Source: an uncultured Gammaproteobacteria bacterium (GTDB lineage Bacteria > Cyanobacteriota > Vampirovibrionia > LMEP-6097). Taken from it: a DNA stretch of 64,000 nt. A program made the translations under genes and the position numbers. Numbering within the stretch: the first letter of the stretch is position 1; each line of letters opens with the position of its first letter. The notes beneath the pieces are model-generated. The model saw only the letters and a list, made by a program, of their open reading frames with translations. It had not been told where the DNA came from and did no database searches. The stretch is from contig CAYTKM010000005.1 in NCBI GenBank assembly GCA_964438425.1, positions 9,294 through 73,293 of the forward strand. Reading direction: 5' to 3'. This document shows positions 1 to 10,297 of the stretch, one piece after another.

Positions 1-519
1 GACTCTTTAATTAAAAATCATGAAATTAAAGTGTTCTTTTCAGTCATTAAAAACCGTAAAGGTAAAAACCAGAGTGTAGAAGTTACCATAAATTTAAATG
101 GTGGTCACGTAGTTAGATGTCATGCTGCTGAAGAAGATGCTTACGCTGCGATTGATACTGTAATCTATAAATTAGAAAGACAGCTAAGAAAGTTTAAAAC
201 CCGTTTATATAATAGAATTCACACTAAAAGAAGTGTTAAAGAATATGGTTTAGGTGAAGATTTTGATTTTGATTCGATCAGTGTACCTGAAGATTATAAA
301 GTAGATGTTGAAAACTATACTCAGCCTAAAATTATCAAGACTAAACGTTATGTTATGGAACCACTTGATCCAGATATGGCTGTAGAAAAATTAGATGACT
401 GCGGTCACCCGTTCTATATGTTCTTAAACATCTTTACTAATCGTATCGCTGCTGTCTATAAACGCGAAGATGGTAATTATGGTTTAATTGAACCTGAGCA
501 TTTAGAAGTTAATAACTAA
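1..519 (+). CDS. hpf: ribosome hibernation promoting factor, long form (5' end cut by window edge)
   Basis: Frame stays open back to nt 1. The conserved YAAID..KLERQL core is followed by the long-HPF C-terminal domain (KRYVMEPL..VYKREDGNYGLIEPE). Confidence 0.8.
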   Translation, partial: DSLIKNHEIKVFFSVIKNRKGKNQSVEVTINLNGGHVVRCHAAEEDAYAAIDTVIYKLERQLRKFKTRLYNRIHTKRSVKEYGLGEDFDFDSISVPEDYKVDVENYTQPKIIKTKRYVMEPLDPDMAVEKLDDCGHPFYMFLNIFTNRIAAVYKREDGNYGLIEPEHLEVNN

Positions 520-563
520 AATACTTTTAGCCTGAATGCTATCTTTAAGATGAATATATAATA

Positions 564-604
564 AAATACCTGATCTGACAGCTTGTTAGGTCGGGTATTT
601 TTTC
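564..604 (+). terminator. putative intrinsic terminator after hpf
   Basis: An aaatacctga/tcgggtattt stem (10 bp with one G.U) is followed by a T6 run. The loop is large, about 17 nt. Confidence 0.35.
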
Positions 605-702
605 AAGTATATTAAGCTATAAGTTTAGTAAGGATAGTTTTATTCTGATACTAAAATATCTGTTTCTTTAAATTATTTATAAAATTGCTAAAATAATACT
701 TT

Positions 703-1251
703 ATGAATGACTGGCAAGTGGCTGTTTACCCTACGGATACTGTTTGGGGATTAGTAGGTAAGTTTAACGAGGAAAATTATCATAAAATTTATGATTTTAA
801 GCAGCGTGATCGCGATAAACCGTTAATTTTATTTACGAATAATATCGAAACTATAAAAAAGTACTCTATTATCGATAGTAAATTACTCGAAAAAGTATGT
901 GAGAAGTACTGGCCTGGCGCGCTTACCGTGATCTGTCTGAAAAATAATCGCCTGCCTGAGTGGTTAAATCCTGAGTTTAAAACCATCGCCTGGCGTATAC
1001 CTGACGTACCTGATCTACTTAAAATTCTAGATCAGCTTGATGAGCCACTTTTAAGCACTAGCGCCAATCTCCAAAGCGAAGCACCTATAGAAAATTCTAC
1101 CGAAGCCCGTGAAAAATTCCAAAATAAAGTGGATTATATCTATGATGGTGATTATCAGGTCTCAGGTGAAGCTAGCACTATCGTTAGTTTAGTTAATGAT
1201 GAATATACTGTGCTTAGACAAGGAGAAGTTGAGTTTGAGCTGGAAAGTTAA
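703..1251 (+). CDS. tsaC: L-threonylcarbamoyladenylate synthase, TsaC/YrdC family
   Basis: YPTDTVWGL motif and a ~185 aa YrdC-size protein. Confidence 0.8.
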   Translation: MNDWQVAVYPTDTVWGLVGKFNEENYHKIYDFKQRDRDKPLILFTNNIETIKKYSIIDSKLLEKVCEKYWPGALTVICLKNNRLPEWLNPEFKTIAWRIPDVPDLLKILDQLDEPLLSTSANLQSEAPIENSTEAREKFQNKVDYIYDGDYQVSGEASTIVSLVNDEYTVLRQGEVEFELES

Positions 1252-3248
1252 AAACTAAACGGTATTTTATCAAACTCTTTATTGATAACCGATAAATTAT
1301 CTGGCTCTTTACTGAAGACTAATTTATTAAGATTATTTTCAAGATTTTTAACATATTGAGGGTCTATTTTAGCTGAGCTTTCTTTAACTGCTTTAAAATT
1401 TAACACTGGTTTATTAGTTTTATTATCAAAAGTAATTTGGCTTTTAAACTTATTACCTTCGTTATCTGTATATTCTAGGTAGGTTTGTGGTTTATGAAGT
1501 TCACTTGCTATCACGTAGCCTAGTCTGCCTTTAACAGCACAATCATTTTCATCATAGACTGTAGTAGGCTTCGGTTGTGAGCTTATTAGATTAATTTTAG
1601 AAATATTTTCGCTATCAGGATCTGATTGTTTTAATACGAGCATATCGTCGCTGCCTATTTTGCTTACATCGCTAACTCTTCTTGAATTATCGTGAATATT
1701 TATTGGGATATTATCTTCATCAAGTCCAATTCTAAGTTCAGTGTGTATGGCTATTTTAGATGCTGTTTGCGAGTTACTATCCTTAAATCTTTCGAAATCT
1801 AAATGCTTAAATTCGCTTGGTTTAAATTCGTAAATATGATCATGACTTAACTTTTTGATCTCTTTATTCCTGATGGGGTGAACTATTTTTAAGCTACCTT
1901 CAGGAGGAGTTAATAATTTGAAGATTTGATTAATAGTATCTTTGTTTCTAGGTAAACCAAAAATTAGATTTAACTTGGTTTTAAAATCTAATTTATTTTG
2001 CTGGGCTCTATCATAGATATCTTTTTCTAAAAAATTTAGGTTGTTAAACAATTTCACTTTATTATTAGTTAAAAAGTCTATTGTATTTATTTTAGGTATA
2101 GTATCGTAGCCATTTTCTATATTATGCAGTAAACAGTTTTCAAAATTTACCTTATGTACAATAGTCTTTTCTAGATCTGCACCTATTAAACGAGAGTTAT
2201 TTAGGTTGGCTGCTGTTAAATCTGTATTAGATAGATTACTATCTTCTATAAAACTTTGGTTTAGCTTAGCTTTATTTAGGTTAGAACCACTTAAATCACT
2301 ATTTTTAAAGCCTGCACCAGTGAGATTAGCTTCAGTAAAATTAGCAATTTTAAGATTACAATCTAAAAATTTAGCACTACTTAAATTACTATTAGTAAAA
2401 TCTGTACCATTTAGATCAACAGCTTTAAACTTTTTGTCACTTAAATCCATATCTGTTAAATCTAAACCTGACAAATCTAAATTTTCTATAGTATCCTGTT
2501 TAGCTAAAATTTTGAATAGCTCTGCTTTAGAAATATGATCTTTCGGTTCTGAATCAGACCAATAAGAACCTTCTAGATTAGTTTTGATAAAGAAATTGCC
2601 ACTAAATTTAGTTATTCCTTTAAAATCACTGTACGATAAATCATTATTTTGAAATTTTACTCCAAAAAATTTAGCACTATCAAAATTAGATTCACTAAAA
2701 TTATTACCTGAAAATATATTATCTCTAAAAAAAGTGACTTTATTAAAGTTTATAGGGTTAGTAGCTTTATTATCTATAAAAGAGCTTTGCTGGAATTCAG
2801 AATTTTTAAAATTAGTTAGATCGAAGCTACAGTTTTTAAAGCTTGATTTCTTAAAAAAGGTAGACCCTAAGTTAGTTTTTTCAAATCTACAATTTTCAAA
2901 ATTAACCTTATCAAATTCCAGACTGGATAAGTTAGTGTTATCGAACTTAACATTTTTAAAATTTACCTGATTTAAATCATCTATATTTCTTAGATCAACG
3001 TCACTCAAATCTAAATTACTAATGTTTAATTTACCTTCTGAATCGCGATTTTTATCATTAAATAGCTCTTTAACATTATTAGGATTAGTAATTTTGACTA
3101 GTTTTGCAGCACTGTCTCTTAAATTAGTGTGTTTAGTTTCTGTAGTACTTAAATCTAAATTATCTCTATTAGATTGTGTATTTCTAGTTAACGGTTTAAA
3201 TACATGTGTCTCTTTAGCGTCATTATTAGTATTATAAGGATTAATCAT
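1248..3248 (-). CDS. pentapeptide-repeat protein with a non-repeat C-terminal region
   Basis: Dozens of A(D/N)LxG-type pentads (NLSGLDLTDMDLSD, ANLTGAGFKNSDLSGSNL) in the first ~380 aa. The remaining ~280 aa are non-repetitive. Confidence 0.75.
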   Translation of the reverse strand: MINPYNTNNDAKETHVFKPLTRNTQSNRDNLDLSTTETKHTNLRDSAAKLVKITNPNNVKELFNDKNRDSEGKLNISNLDLSDVDLRNIDDLNQVNFKNVKFDNTNLSSLEFDKVNFENCRFEKTNLGSTFFKKSSFKNCSFDLTNFKNSEFQQSSFIDNKATNPINFNKVTFFRDNIFSGNNFSESNFDSAKFFGVKFQNNDLSYSDFKGITKFSGNFFIKTNLEGSYWSDSEPKDHISKAELFKILAKQDTIENLDLSGLDLTDMDLSDKKFKAVDLNGTDFTNSNLSSAKFLDCNLKIANFTEANLTGAGFKNSDLSGSNLNKAKLNQSFIEDSNLSNTDLTAANLNNSRLIGADLEKTIVHKVNFENCLLHNIENGYDTIPKINTIDFLTNNKVKLFNNLNFLEKDIYDRAQQNKLDFKTKLNLIFGLPRNKDTINQIFKLLTPPEGSLKIVHPIRNKEIKKLSHDHIYEFKPSEFKHLDFERFKDSNSQTASKIAIHTELRIGLDEDNIPINIHDNSRRVSDVSKIGSDDMLVLKQSDPDSENISKINLISSQPKPTTVYDENDCAVKGRLGYVIASELHKPQTYLEYTDNEGNKFKSQITFDNKTNKPVLNFKAVKESSAKIDPQYVKNLENNLNKLVFSKEPDNLSVINKEFDKIPFSF

Positions 3249-3474
3249 AACTCTCCAGTAGCTTATCTTGAACTGTGTTAAAACTATTATAGACTATTTT
3301 AAGATTAAAGTGTATTAATGTATTTGGTTCATATTCGGTATTATTTTAAATTTAATAGATATTTGCGTTTATGGTAGCTTGATAAAATAAACTAATTTAT
3401 ATTAAATGGATTAAATTCAATTATTTAGTTTACCTATGTAAACGAGAATTATCAAATTTTTATATATGATTAGC

Positions 3475-4137
3475 TTATTTTGATTGAGTTTTATTCATAA
3501 ATTCAATTAAATTTTTTAAGTCTTCGTTTCTTAGCTTAGTATAGTTTTTTTGATTTAACTTTAAAGCTAAAAATCTTTTTAATTGTTCATCGAATGTAAG
3601 GCATTCACCTGGATCTGATCTTAAATCTTCATAACTATTGTATTGCTTTTTTAAATCCTTAGTTAATTTTAATCTATCAATTTCACTTAAAGTTTTGAAG
3701 TTAATAAATTTTTTATCAGACATAATCTCAGTTTTGTATTCGTTTATTATAAAGCCCTCAAAACAGCAAGGCATACTAATTATAAAATGAGGATTTAAAT
3801 TTTTATTATTCAAGCTGTTTAAATCACGCAATGGTGTTTTAAAAAATTCTTCATTGTTTTCAGGATTTATTTTCCATTGTTTTGCTAGAGCTTTATAAGC
3901 TTCTTCATTTAAATCCTTATCTTCATCTAACATTAGATAAACCTTATTTTTGTGACAGCAGCGTAATGCTTTCATTAAAATTGAACTAGGATTTCCTCCT
4001 GTAGCTGGCTCTATAGTTAAGTTAAGCTTAGTTTTATTTTTTAGAAATACTTCTTTTAAATGCTTAATTAATATATCTTCTGACTTACCTTCAGGGAATA
4101 TAGAAGCTGTAATTTTTTTAGTACGTTTTTTACCCAT
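3475..4137 (-). CDS. RloB/DUF4276-like TOPRIM-fold protein (AbiLii-like)
   Basis: N-terminal IFPEGKSE (TOPRIM glutamate), LMLDEDKD (DxD) and a later CCFEGFII motif. The start lies 3 nt after the stop of the upstream ATPase. Confidence 0.55.
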   Translation of the reverse strand: MGKKRTKKITASIFPEGKSEDILIKHLKEVFLKNKTKLNLTIEPATGGNPSSILMKALRCCHKNKVYLMLDEDKDLNEEAYKALAKQWKINPENNEEFFKTPLRDLNSLNNKNLNPHFIISMPCCFEGFIINEYKTEIMSDKKFINFKTLSEIDRLKLTKDLKKQYNSYEDLRSDPGECLTFDEQLKRFLALKLNQKNYTKLRNEDLKNLIEFMNKTQSK

Positions 4138-4140
4138 GGA

Positions 4141-5373
4141 CTAAACTTTATAATTATAATCAACTTCTGGCACGGCACCATAAGCACCAGCAATATACTT
4201 ATTATAAAAATTTTCATCTGCTCTAACATCTTCAACATCGTCAAGTCTGTAAACTTCTGTTTCAAAGACTTGATTGTTTTTTTCACAAAGAAATATTTGA
4301 GATTTCTGCCTGTCATTCATTAATTTATGTTGATGAGTTGAAAAAATTAGCTGAGCATTTGCTTCATTTATAGATTTATTTTCAAATAAATTTACTAAAG
4401 CTTTAGCAACAAGTGGATGCATGGCTGTAGATAACTCATCATAAATGGCAACTCCACCATTTTTAAATAATTTATATATTTCTAAAAATAAATCAATAGC
4501 TTTTTGAGTTCCATGAGATTCTTCTATTAGCGGTAAATCAAACTCTTTCTTCTCATGTTTATGTTTACAAAAGATGACATCTTTAATAATGGATTCAGTT
4601 GGATTATCTATAGAAGTAGATTTAATTTGTTTCATAAAGATATCATTAATACATATATCTATACTTTGCAAAAAACTAACTAGTTGATTTTTTAAAATAG
4701 CATCGTTTTTCACGGTTTTAGAATTATTAATCCATTTAATAAGGTTAAAGTCAAATTTAAATTTATTGGGATATTCTAGATTGTCTTTATATAAGTCGTA
4801 GTATTTTAAAGTAATATATTCTAAATTATTAATTGCAGATAAAAAACTTACTCTAGATCTTTTAATTAACCTTTCTTTTTCAATAGTGCTTATTTCAAAA
4901 GTTAAGTCCAGAGGCTTTTTACTGTTTTTTGCTCTATTTACAACAAAAATCTTTTTGTATTTGGAATTTGGCTTATTTTCCTTTTCGGAAAGTTTTTCAT
5001 AAAGGATTTTTTCATTATCAAGATGAATAATATGCTTATAGAAATTTCCTTGGTAAAAAAATTCATTTTCGAATTTAGTGGTTTTATTTTTATGTAACTT
5101 GTGCTTAATTTCCCTAAATTCACTTTCGTCAGGCACATCATCGTAAGAATTTCTAACTAAATTGAACATAAATTCAAACGCTTTTAATATAGTAGATTTA
5201 CCTGAAGCATTCGCTCCTACAAAACAATTTACTAAATTTATATTTAGTTTGTTTTTAATTTGAAAGCATGAGTTATCTACATTAGCTTTATCATGAACAG
5301 TAAAAGTTAATTCCTGTTCAGTACCCACACTTAAAAAATTTTCAACTTTGAAATTTATAATCATAATAGCCAA
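4141..5373 (-). CDS. ABC/AAA_21-type ATPase (AbiLi / RloA / OLD-N-terminal-like)
   Basis: Walker A GANASGKST, Walker B VAIYDE, and H-loop LIFSTHQH near the C-terminus. It is translationally coupled to the RloB-like gene. Confidence 0.65.
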   Translation of the reverse strand: MAIMIINFKVENFLSVGTEQELTFTVHDKANVDNSCFQIKNKLNINLVNCFVGANASGKSTILKAFEFMFNLVRNSYDDVPDESEFREIKHKLHKNKTTKFENEFFYQGNFYKHIIHLDNEKILYEKLSEKENKPNSKYKKIFVVNRAKNSKKPLDLTFEISTIEKERLIKRSRVSFLSAINNLEYITLKYYDLYKDNLEYPNKFKFDFNLIKWINNSKTVKNDAILKNQLVSFLQSIDICINDIFMKQIKSTSIDNPTESIIKDVIFCKHKHEKKEFDLPLIEESHGTQKAIDLFLEIYKLFKNGGVAIYDELSTAMHPLVAKALVNLFENKSINEANAQLIFSTHQHKLMNDRQKSQIFLCEKNNQVFETEVYRLDDVEDVRADENFYNKYIAGAYGAVPEVDYNYKV

Positions 5374-5399
5374 TTACAAACGATTTTTCGTTCGTAATT
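5372..5399. promoter_or_regulatory. near-perfect 12-bp inverted repeat at the 5' end of the ATPase gene
   Basis: aattacaaacga-tttt-tcgttcgtaatt overlaps the annotated TTG start and lies upstream of the first ATG. Confidence 0.3.
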
Positions 5400-5467
5400 A
5401 GATCATACCACTAAATACTTTGAGCTTAAACTAAATTATAAAAAATCTAAACTTCTCTACTATAAAA

Positions 5468-5953
5468 CTAATCAATAGTATAATTCTGCCGATAAGCTTC
5501 ATAGTAAGCAGTTTGCGCTGAACTAGCTAAATTTAAACAACGTGTTTTACCTGAAGACATGGGTATCGTTACTAAATTTTCTTTATACTGCTCGTACATT
5601 TCAGGCGCTAAGCCAGCTCCTTCGCTTCCAAACACTAAGCAAGCTCCAGTTTCATACTTCACATCCCAGTAACTTTTTTCAGTTTTACTACTAAAAAAAT
5701 ATAGATTGGATTGTTTAGCATTTTCAGTGCGCCAGTCTAAAAATTTAGCCCAATTTTCATGAATGTCGTATTTTAGGTTATGCCAGTAATCCATCGCTGA
5801 GCGTTTTAGATGTTTATCACTGATTTCAAAGCCCAGTGGTCTAATTAAATGAAGATGTAAATCATTCGCTACGCACATACGCGCGATATTGCCTGTATTT
5901 TGGGGGATTTCAGGCTGAAATAAAACTATATTGAAAAAGTTTTTAGCTGTCAT
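5468..5953 (-). CDS. trmL: tRNA (cytidine/uridine-2'-O)-methyltransferase TrmL (SpoU family)
   Basis: ~160 aa. PEIPQNTGNIARMC and CLVFGSEGAGL motifs. Confidence 0.8.
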   Translation of the reverse strand: MTAKNFFNIVLFQPEIPQNTGNIARMCVANDLHLHLIRPLGFEISDKHLKRSAMDYWHNLKYDIHENWAKFLDWRTENAKQSNLYFFSSKTEKSYWDVKYETGACLVFGSEGAGLAPEMYEQYKENLVTIPMSSGKTRCLNLASSAQTAYYEAYRQNYTID

Positions 5954-6078
5954 AGGCTAATAATTATAGCCTGACTACAGAGCTTCTAAAGCTTAAATCA
6001 CCAGATGCTAGGTTTTTATTACGCTATGTCTTTTTAATTTGAATTGGGTTTTTAGATTTTAGCTAATGAATTTTATTA

Positions 6079-7167
6079 CTATAGCCGAAATCTAGAACAG
6101 CTAATCTTGTTTTCTTCAGTTATAAAGCCGTAATCATTTTTAAGTAATTGTGCAAGCTTAGTTTGATCGTAATTAGCGCCATAACCACTAAATATAAACC
6201 TGATATTTAGACTATTAACAGTTTCCTTTAATAAGTTTTCTTTCAATCTTTTTTTATTTAGAAAAGTGTTATTGGGCTGAATTATACACTTATAGGGTAA
6301 AGCCTGCTTTAGTTTTAGCTGTTTTAAACATCTATAATAAAGGTCACTATCTATAAAATATATCTTTAAACTTATTAAAATTTTATTTAAGTGCCTGATT
6401 TCTGGTGAAAACTGTTTTCTAAAAGGCACTGAAATTATATTTAAATATAGCTTTAGTTTATTTACCTGAATGTTTGTAGGAAAGATTTTAAAGTAATTCA
6501 AACGCTCAAAGCTTAAAGAGGTGTCATTAATACTCTTCATAGTATTTAGAGTACTTATAAATTTAATGTTACAGGTTATATCTTTTAGTTTAAAAGTCAG
6601 CTGGTCTCTAAAAATTTTAAACTCTGTTGCATTTAAGTTACTTCTATTTTTACTTAGTACTGTAATAAACGACTTATCTATGGTCGATTTTAAGCTATAA
6701 CTTTTGTTTAGCTGAACTAAATTCAGGCTGATAGGTGAAAAGATAAAAATCTCAGCTTCACTAGTATTGGTTTGATTAATGCTACTCAGGTTTATTTGAT
6801 CTTTAGTAGATTTTAGATGCATAAAGTTAGTAGCGTGCTTACTAAGATAGCTATCTATAAAATAACGTTGATAAACGTAGTTTAGGACTAACTCTAAAGC
6901 CTTATTAAGGCTACTTTTATCATATACAGAACCTAAAATCATTTGATTTTGTAAGTCGAAAATTTTAAATATAGTTTGCCGATAAGCATCAATAAATTTA
7001 GAGTTTAAGCTTAATTCAAATAACTGAGTATTGTCTTTAGTTTTAGCAGTGTCTAGGTCTGATAAACATTGCTGACTTAAATTGTGAGCTTTTGAGAAAC
7101 ACTTTTGATAATAATTATCAGCTTGATACAAGGTATTGCCTTGAAAGTTGATTAAGTTTATATGCAT
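6079..7167 (-). CDS. hypothetical protein
   Basis: 362-aa ORF with no recognisable motif and low-complexity N/K/L-rich composition. Confidence 0.4.
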   Translation of the reverse strand: MHINLINFQGNTLYQADNYYQKCFSKAHNLSQQCLSDLDTAKTKDNTQLFELSLNSKFIDAYRQTIFKIFDLQNQMILGSVYDKSSLNKALELVLNYVYQRYFIDSYLSKHATNFMHLKSTKDQINLSSINQTNTSEAEIFIFSPISLNLVQLNKSYSLKSTIDKSFITVLSKNRSNLNATEFKIFRDQLTFKLKDITCNIKFISTLNTMKSINDTSLSFERLNYFKIFPTNIQVNKLKLYLNIISVPFRKQFSPEIRHLNKILISLKIYFIDSDLYYRCLKQLKLKQALPYKCIIQPNNTFLNKKRLKENLLKETVNSLNIRFIFSGYGANYDQTKLAQLLKNDYGFITEENKISCSRFRL

Positions 7168-7422
7168 TATTTCAATTTTATTGCTCTTGAGTAGATATTA
7201 ATTTGATACTCTAACTAATATATTATAGATGATATTACGTAAATATTAGATTATAGTCTTTAAAGTAGAAAAATTATCATGAAACTAATGTGAAATTAAA
7301 TAGCATCTATGTTCTATGTATTAATCTAACATTGTAGAAAAGAGCTGAACTCTAGTACTGTCAAGCTCCCCGAATCAGTTACTAATATTTCTAAAGATAT
7401 ATATTTAATAATAGAATCTAAA

Positions 7423-8325
7423 CTATAAACTTACGCTTTCATTTTTATAGACGTTAATAACTTTTAGATCATTGCCGATAAGCATTTTCAGTTTATGTTC
7501 TATATCAAAAGCTTCTTTTTTACTTATTACAGGTAATTCTAAGTACTCATGTTCCTCAGTTTGTATTTTGTTATTAGTGTTATCAGCATAATGATTACCA
7601 CGTGTTTCAAGCCAATACTCTTTACCACTTTTGGGCTTTGGTCGGTTAGGGGTGTTAATCTGTATATGTTTAATACCTGTTTGTTTAATGTTTTTTGCTA
7701 AACCTTCAAGGTAGCTTTCATCTTTAATAAATTTAGGCATAAACATTATTTGTAGCTGTAAGTTGGAGTTAGTTTCAGACTTAAGCTTACTAATACCACT
7801 TAAAATATCTGACATAGTAATATTAGCTGCTGCTTGGTTTAGACTTTTTAGTTCTTTATCTGTAGCTGAATCTAGCTTTAAGCTAATTAAATCTGCTTTA
7901 GAAGCTTCATACCTAAGCTGGCTATCATTTAACAAGGTGGCATTTGTTAATATCGAAATCGGCACTAATTTAGCTAAAGTTTTAAATTCATCTTGCTCTC
8001 GTTGCCAGTTGCGGATGGCTTCGATAATCTCACCCAGATTAAGTGCTAAAGTTGGTTCTCCCGAGCCAGCGAAGGTTATAACATCTAATTCGGCTAAGGT
8101 AAACTTTTCTTGCCGATAAGCATTATCTAAATCTTTTATTATTTTATTAGTTTCTACATAGATTTTACGCTCGATAGTAATATTCTGAATCTGACCTAAC
8201 TGACAATAAGCGCAGTTGAAACTACAAGTACTAATTTCACCAATAGGATCGATACCTAGTGAAGTGCCAGTGCGCCATGATTTGACCGGACCATAAACAC
8301 TTAAAAAAACTTTTGCCATATTCAA
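7423..8325 (-). CDS. radical SAM domain protein
   Basis: CSFNCAYC (CxxxCxxC) preceded by a G-rich SLGIDPIGE motif. 300 aa. Confidence 0.7.
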   Translation of the reverse strand: MNMAKVFLSVYGPVKSWRTGTSLGIDPIGEISTCSFNCAYCQLGQIQNITIERKIYVETNKIIKDLDNAYRQEKFTLAELDVITFAGSGEPTLALNLGEIIEAIRNWQREQDEFKTLAKLVPISILTNATLLNDSQLRYEASKADLISLKLDSATDKELKSLNQAAANITMSDILSGISKLKSETNSNLQLQIMFMPKFIKDESYLEGLAKNIKQTGIKHIQINTPNRPKPKSGKEYWLETRGNHYADNTNNKIQTEEHEYLELPVISKKEAFDIEHKLKMLIGNDLKVINVYKNESVSL

Positions 8326-8761
8326 TTAATCATAGCTGATTACACTAGGTCACGCTAATTGATGTTAAATAATATTCTAATCTTAGTATAGAAAATTTAT
8401 TAAAATTTCATTTATATTATACTGAGTAATTTTAATAATATGATTGTTCGCCGATAAGCTATTTAGCAAATTATAATATATAATCAAATAACTATTAATC
8501 ATGTATTACTATAGGTTAAAATATTTTACTTCAAAATTATTTGCCGATAAGTGACATATTAATTTATTTTTATGTAATAATTGCACTTATTGAAATATAA
8601 TCTTCCAACTAAATATTTATGAATGTTTATTTTATCTGATTTACTAATTAACTTTTTGACTAAAAAAAGCTTAGCTTTACTCCAATAAATCTAATAATAT
8701 AAATCGCTTGCTAATTTTACAAATCTAAGTAACAATAATAAAGGTAACTTTACATAAATTT

Positions 8762-9976
8762 TTGAAAAAACTTTTTTTACTTTTTACACTTTTAAGTGGT
8801 CTGAATATGGCTAATGCTGCTGTAGACGAGGACCGTACTATACGTGTACTTCTTACCAAGGGTGCCAGTGAAGCTAACATAGAAACTATTTATAATAATC
8901 AATTTACTGTTAAGGATAAGGCATATAAGAAGTTAAAAATTAAACTTTTTAAAGGCCAAATTTTAGCTAGTGATTCTATTTTCACTAAAGATATTAAGCA
9001 AGAACAGCTTGAAATTCGTAATCCCCAAAACGCTAGCCTGAAACTTTTTTTAAAGCAACAACCTTATAACAAGACTTTTATTACTAAAGGTAGCTTTAGA
9101 TTAAGTGAAAATAAAAATAAGCTTAGAATTGTTAACTATCTTAATTTGCATGACTACCTACTTGCTGTAGTACCGCATGAAATGCCTCTTTCATGGTCTG
9201 ATGAAGCGATTAAAGCTCAAATCGTAGCTGCGCGTACATACACACTTAAAAATATTAAAGTAAATAAGACTTTAGACTATGATCTTAAAACTACAGTAGC
9301 TGATCAGCGCTTCGGTAATATTAATCATGCTAGTAGCCGCTTAGTTAGTTTGCTTGCCGCAACTAAAAATCAAGTGTTGCTAGATAAATATGGTAATTTA
9401 ATTGATGCTTACTATAGTAGTAGCTCTAGCACTTCGACAGCTTCACCCGAAGAAGTTTGGGGCGTTAATCCCGCGCATTATTTATATGCGAGACCTAATC
9501 ATCGTGAAAACTCTCAATACGATAAGTGGCAACGTTCATTTACTTATCTCGAATTAAAAAGTAGATTAAAGGATGTCATAGATGAAGGCAAACTAGTTGG
9601 TGTAACTATTTTAAATAGGTCTGCCGATAAGCGTATTAAGAATATTTTATTAACGATCAAGACTAATACAACTAATCAAGCTCAATTTTCTAATAATGTA
9701 AATTCTACTTCGAGCTTAAGCGAAAATTTCAATCAATTAAGTTTAACTAGAAACGTTTATTTAACTGGCGAAGAATTTAGACATAAATTCAGTCTACCAA
9801 GCACTATGTTTGATATCAGGTTCGATGAACGTGGTTTAGTAGTGGATGGTGGGGGCTTCGGTCACGGCATCGGTATGTCTCAATATGGCGCTAAAAGTTT
9901 AGCTAAAAAAGGTTGGACTTATACACAAATTTTAGAATTTTATTACCCTGGTGCCAGTATTGAAACTCTTGATTAG
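8762..9976 (+). CDS. SpoIID/LytB-domain protein with signal peptide
   Basis: TTG start. Signal MKKLFLLFTLLSGLNMANA. VPHEMPLSWSDEAIKAQIVAARTY matches the SpoIID core. Confidence 0.75.
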   Translation: MKKLFLLFTLLSGLNMANAAVDEDRTIRVLLTKGASEANIETIYNNQFTVKDKAYKKLKIKLFKGQILASDSIFTKDIKQEQLEIRNPQNASLKLFLKQQPYNKTFITKGSFRLSENKNKLRIVNYLNLHDYLLAVVPHEMPLSWSDEAIKAQIVAARTYTLKNIKVNKTLDYDLKTTVADQRFGNINHASSRLVSLLAATKNQVLLDKYGNLIDAYYSSSSSTSTASPEEVWGVNPAHYLYARPNHRENSQYDKWQRSFTYLELKSRLKDVIDEGKLVGVTILNRSADKRIKNILLTIKTNTTNQAQFSNNVNSTSSLSENFNQLSLTRNVYLTGEEFRHKFSLPSTMFDIRFDERGLVVDGGGFGHGIGMSQYGAKSLAKKGWTYTQILEFYYPGASIETLD

Positions 9977-10057
9977 AAAATTTATTTTTAAAAGTATCAA
10001 ATATTGACTAAATTATCGAAATTTTTTAAAGTAATCCCATTTAATTATTAAACATTC

Positions 10058-10138
10058 AATTTATAATATTTTTCTAAAAAGAGGTTTAAATTAGAATTAC
10101 TTTCTAAATAATTAGCAAATTTATAATTTTTTTCTAAA
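10058..10138. repeat. A/T palindrome cluster A (TTAGAA-N5-TTCTAA with flanking direct repeats)
   Basis: ttagaattactttctaa at 10091-10107. aatttataat(a)ttttt(t)ctaaa direct repeats at 10058 and 10118. Confidence 0.5.
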
Positions 10139-10297
10139 TTTAACCGTTTTGTAATGTGTTTAAATTTTAATGAAAATAAAGAAATAATATAGATCTATAA
10201 AATATCTAAGAAATTTTACGATTTGTTATCAATAACTGGCTAAGCTATACCTTGTATGTGTATAAGTTAAGTTTATTAACTAAGGAGCGTATAAATT

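Noticed and set aside
789-986. Short ORFs on the strand opposite to well-supported genes. Examples: 789-986, 2206-2538, 2734-2970, 3022-3237, 7763-8119, 20753-21232, 27901-28086, 33790-34002, 41796-42110, 47250-47579, 53610-53828, 54971-55195.
   Set aside because: They lie entirely inside strongly supported genes on the other strand. They have low-complexity translations and no RBS or motif, and look like typical antisense artefacts of AT-rich DNA.
4068-4316. 82-aa ORF overlapping the junction of the ATPase and RloB-like genes.
   Set aside because: It is out of frame with both real genes and lacks any motif. The ATPase/RloB reading frames are far better supported.
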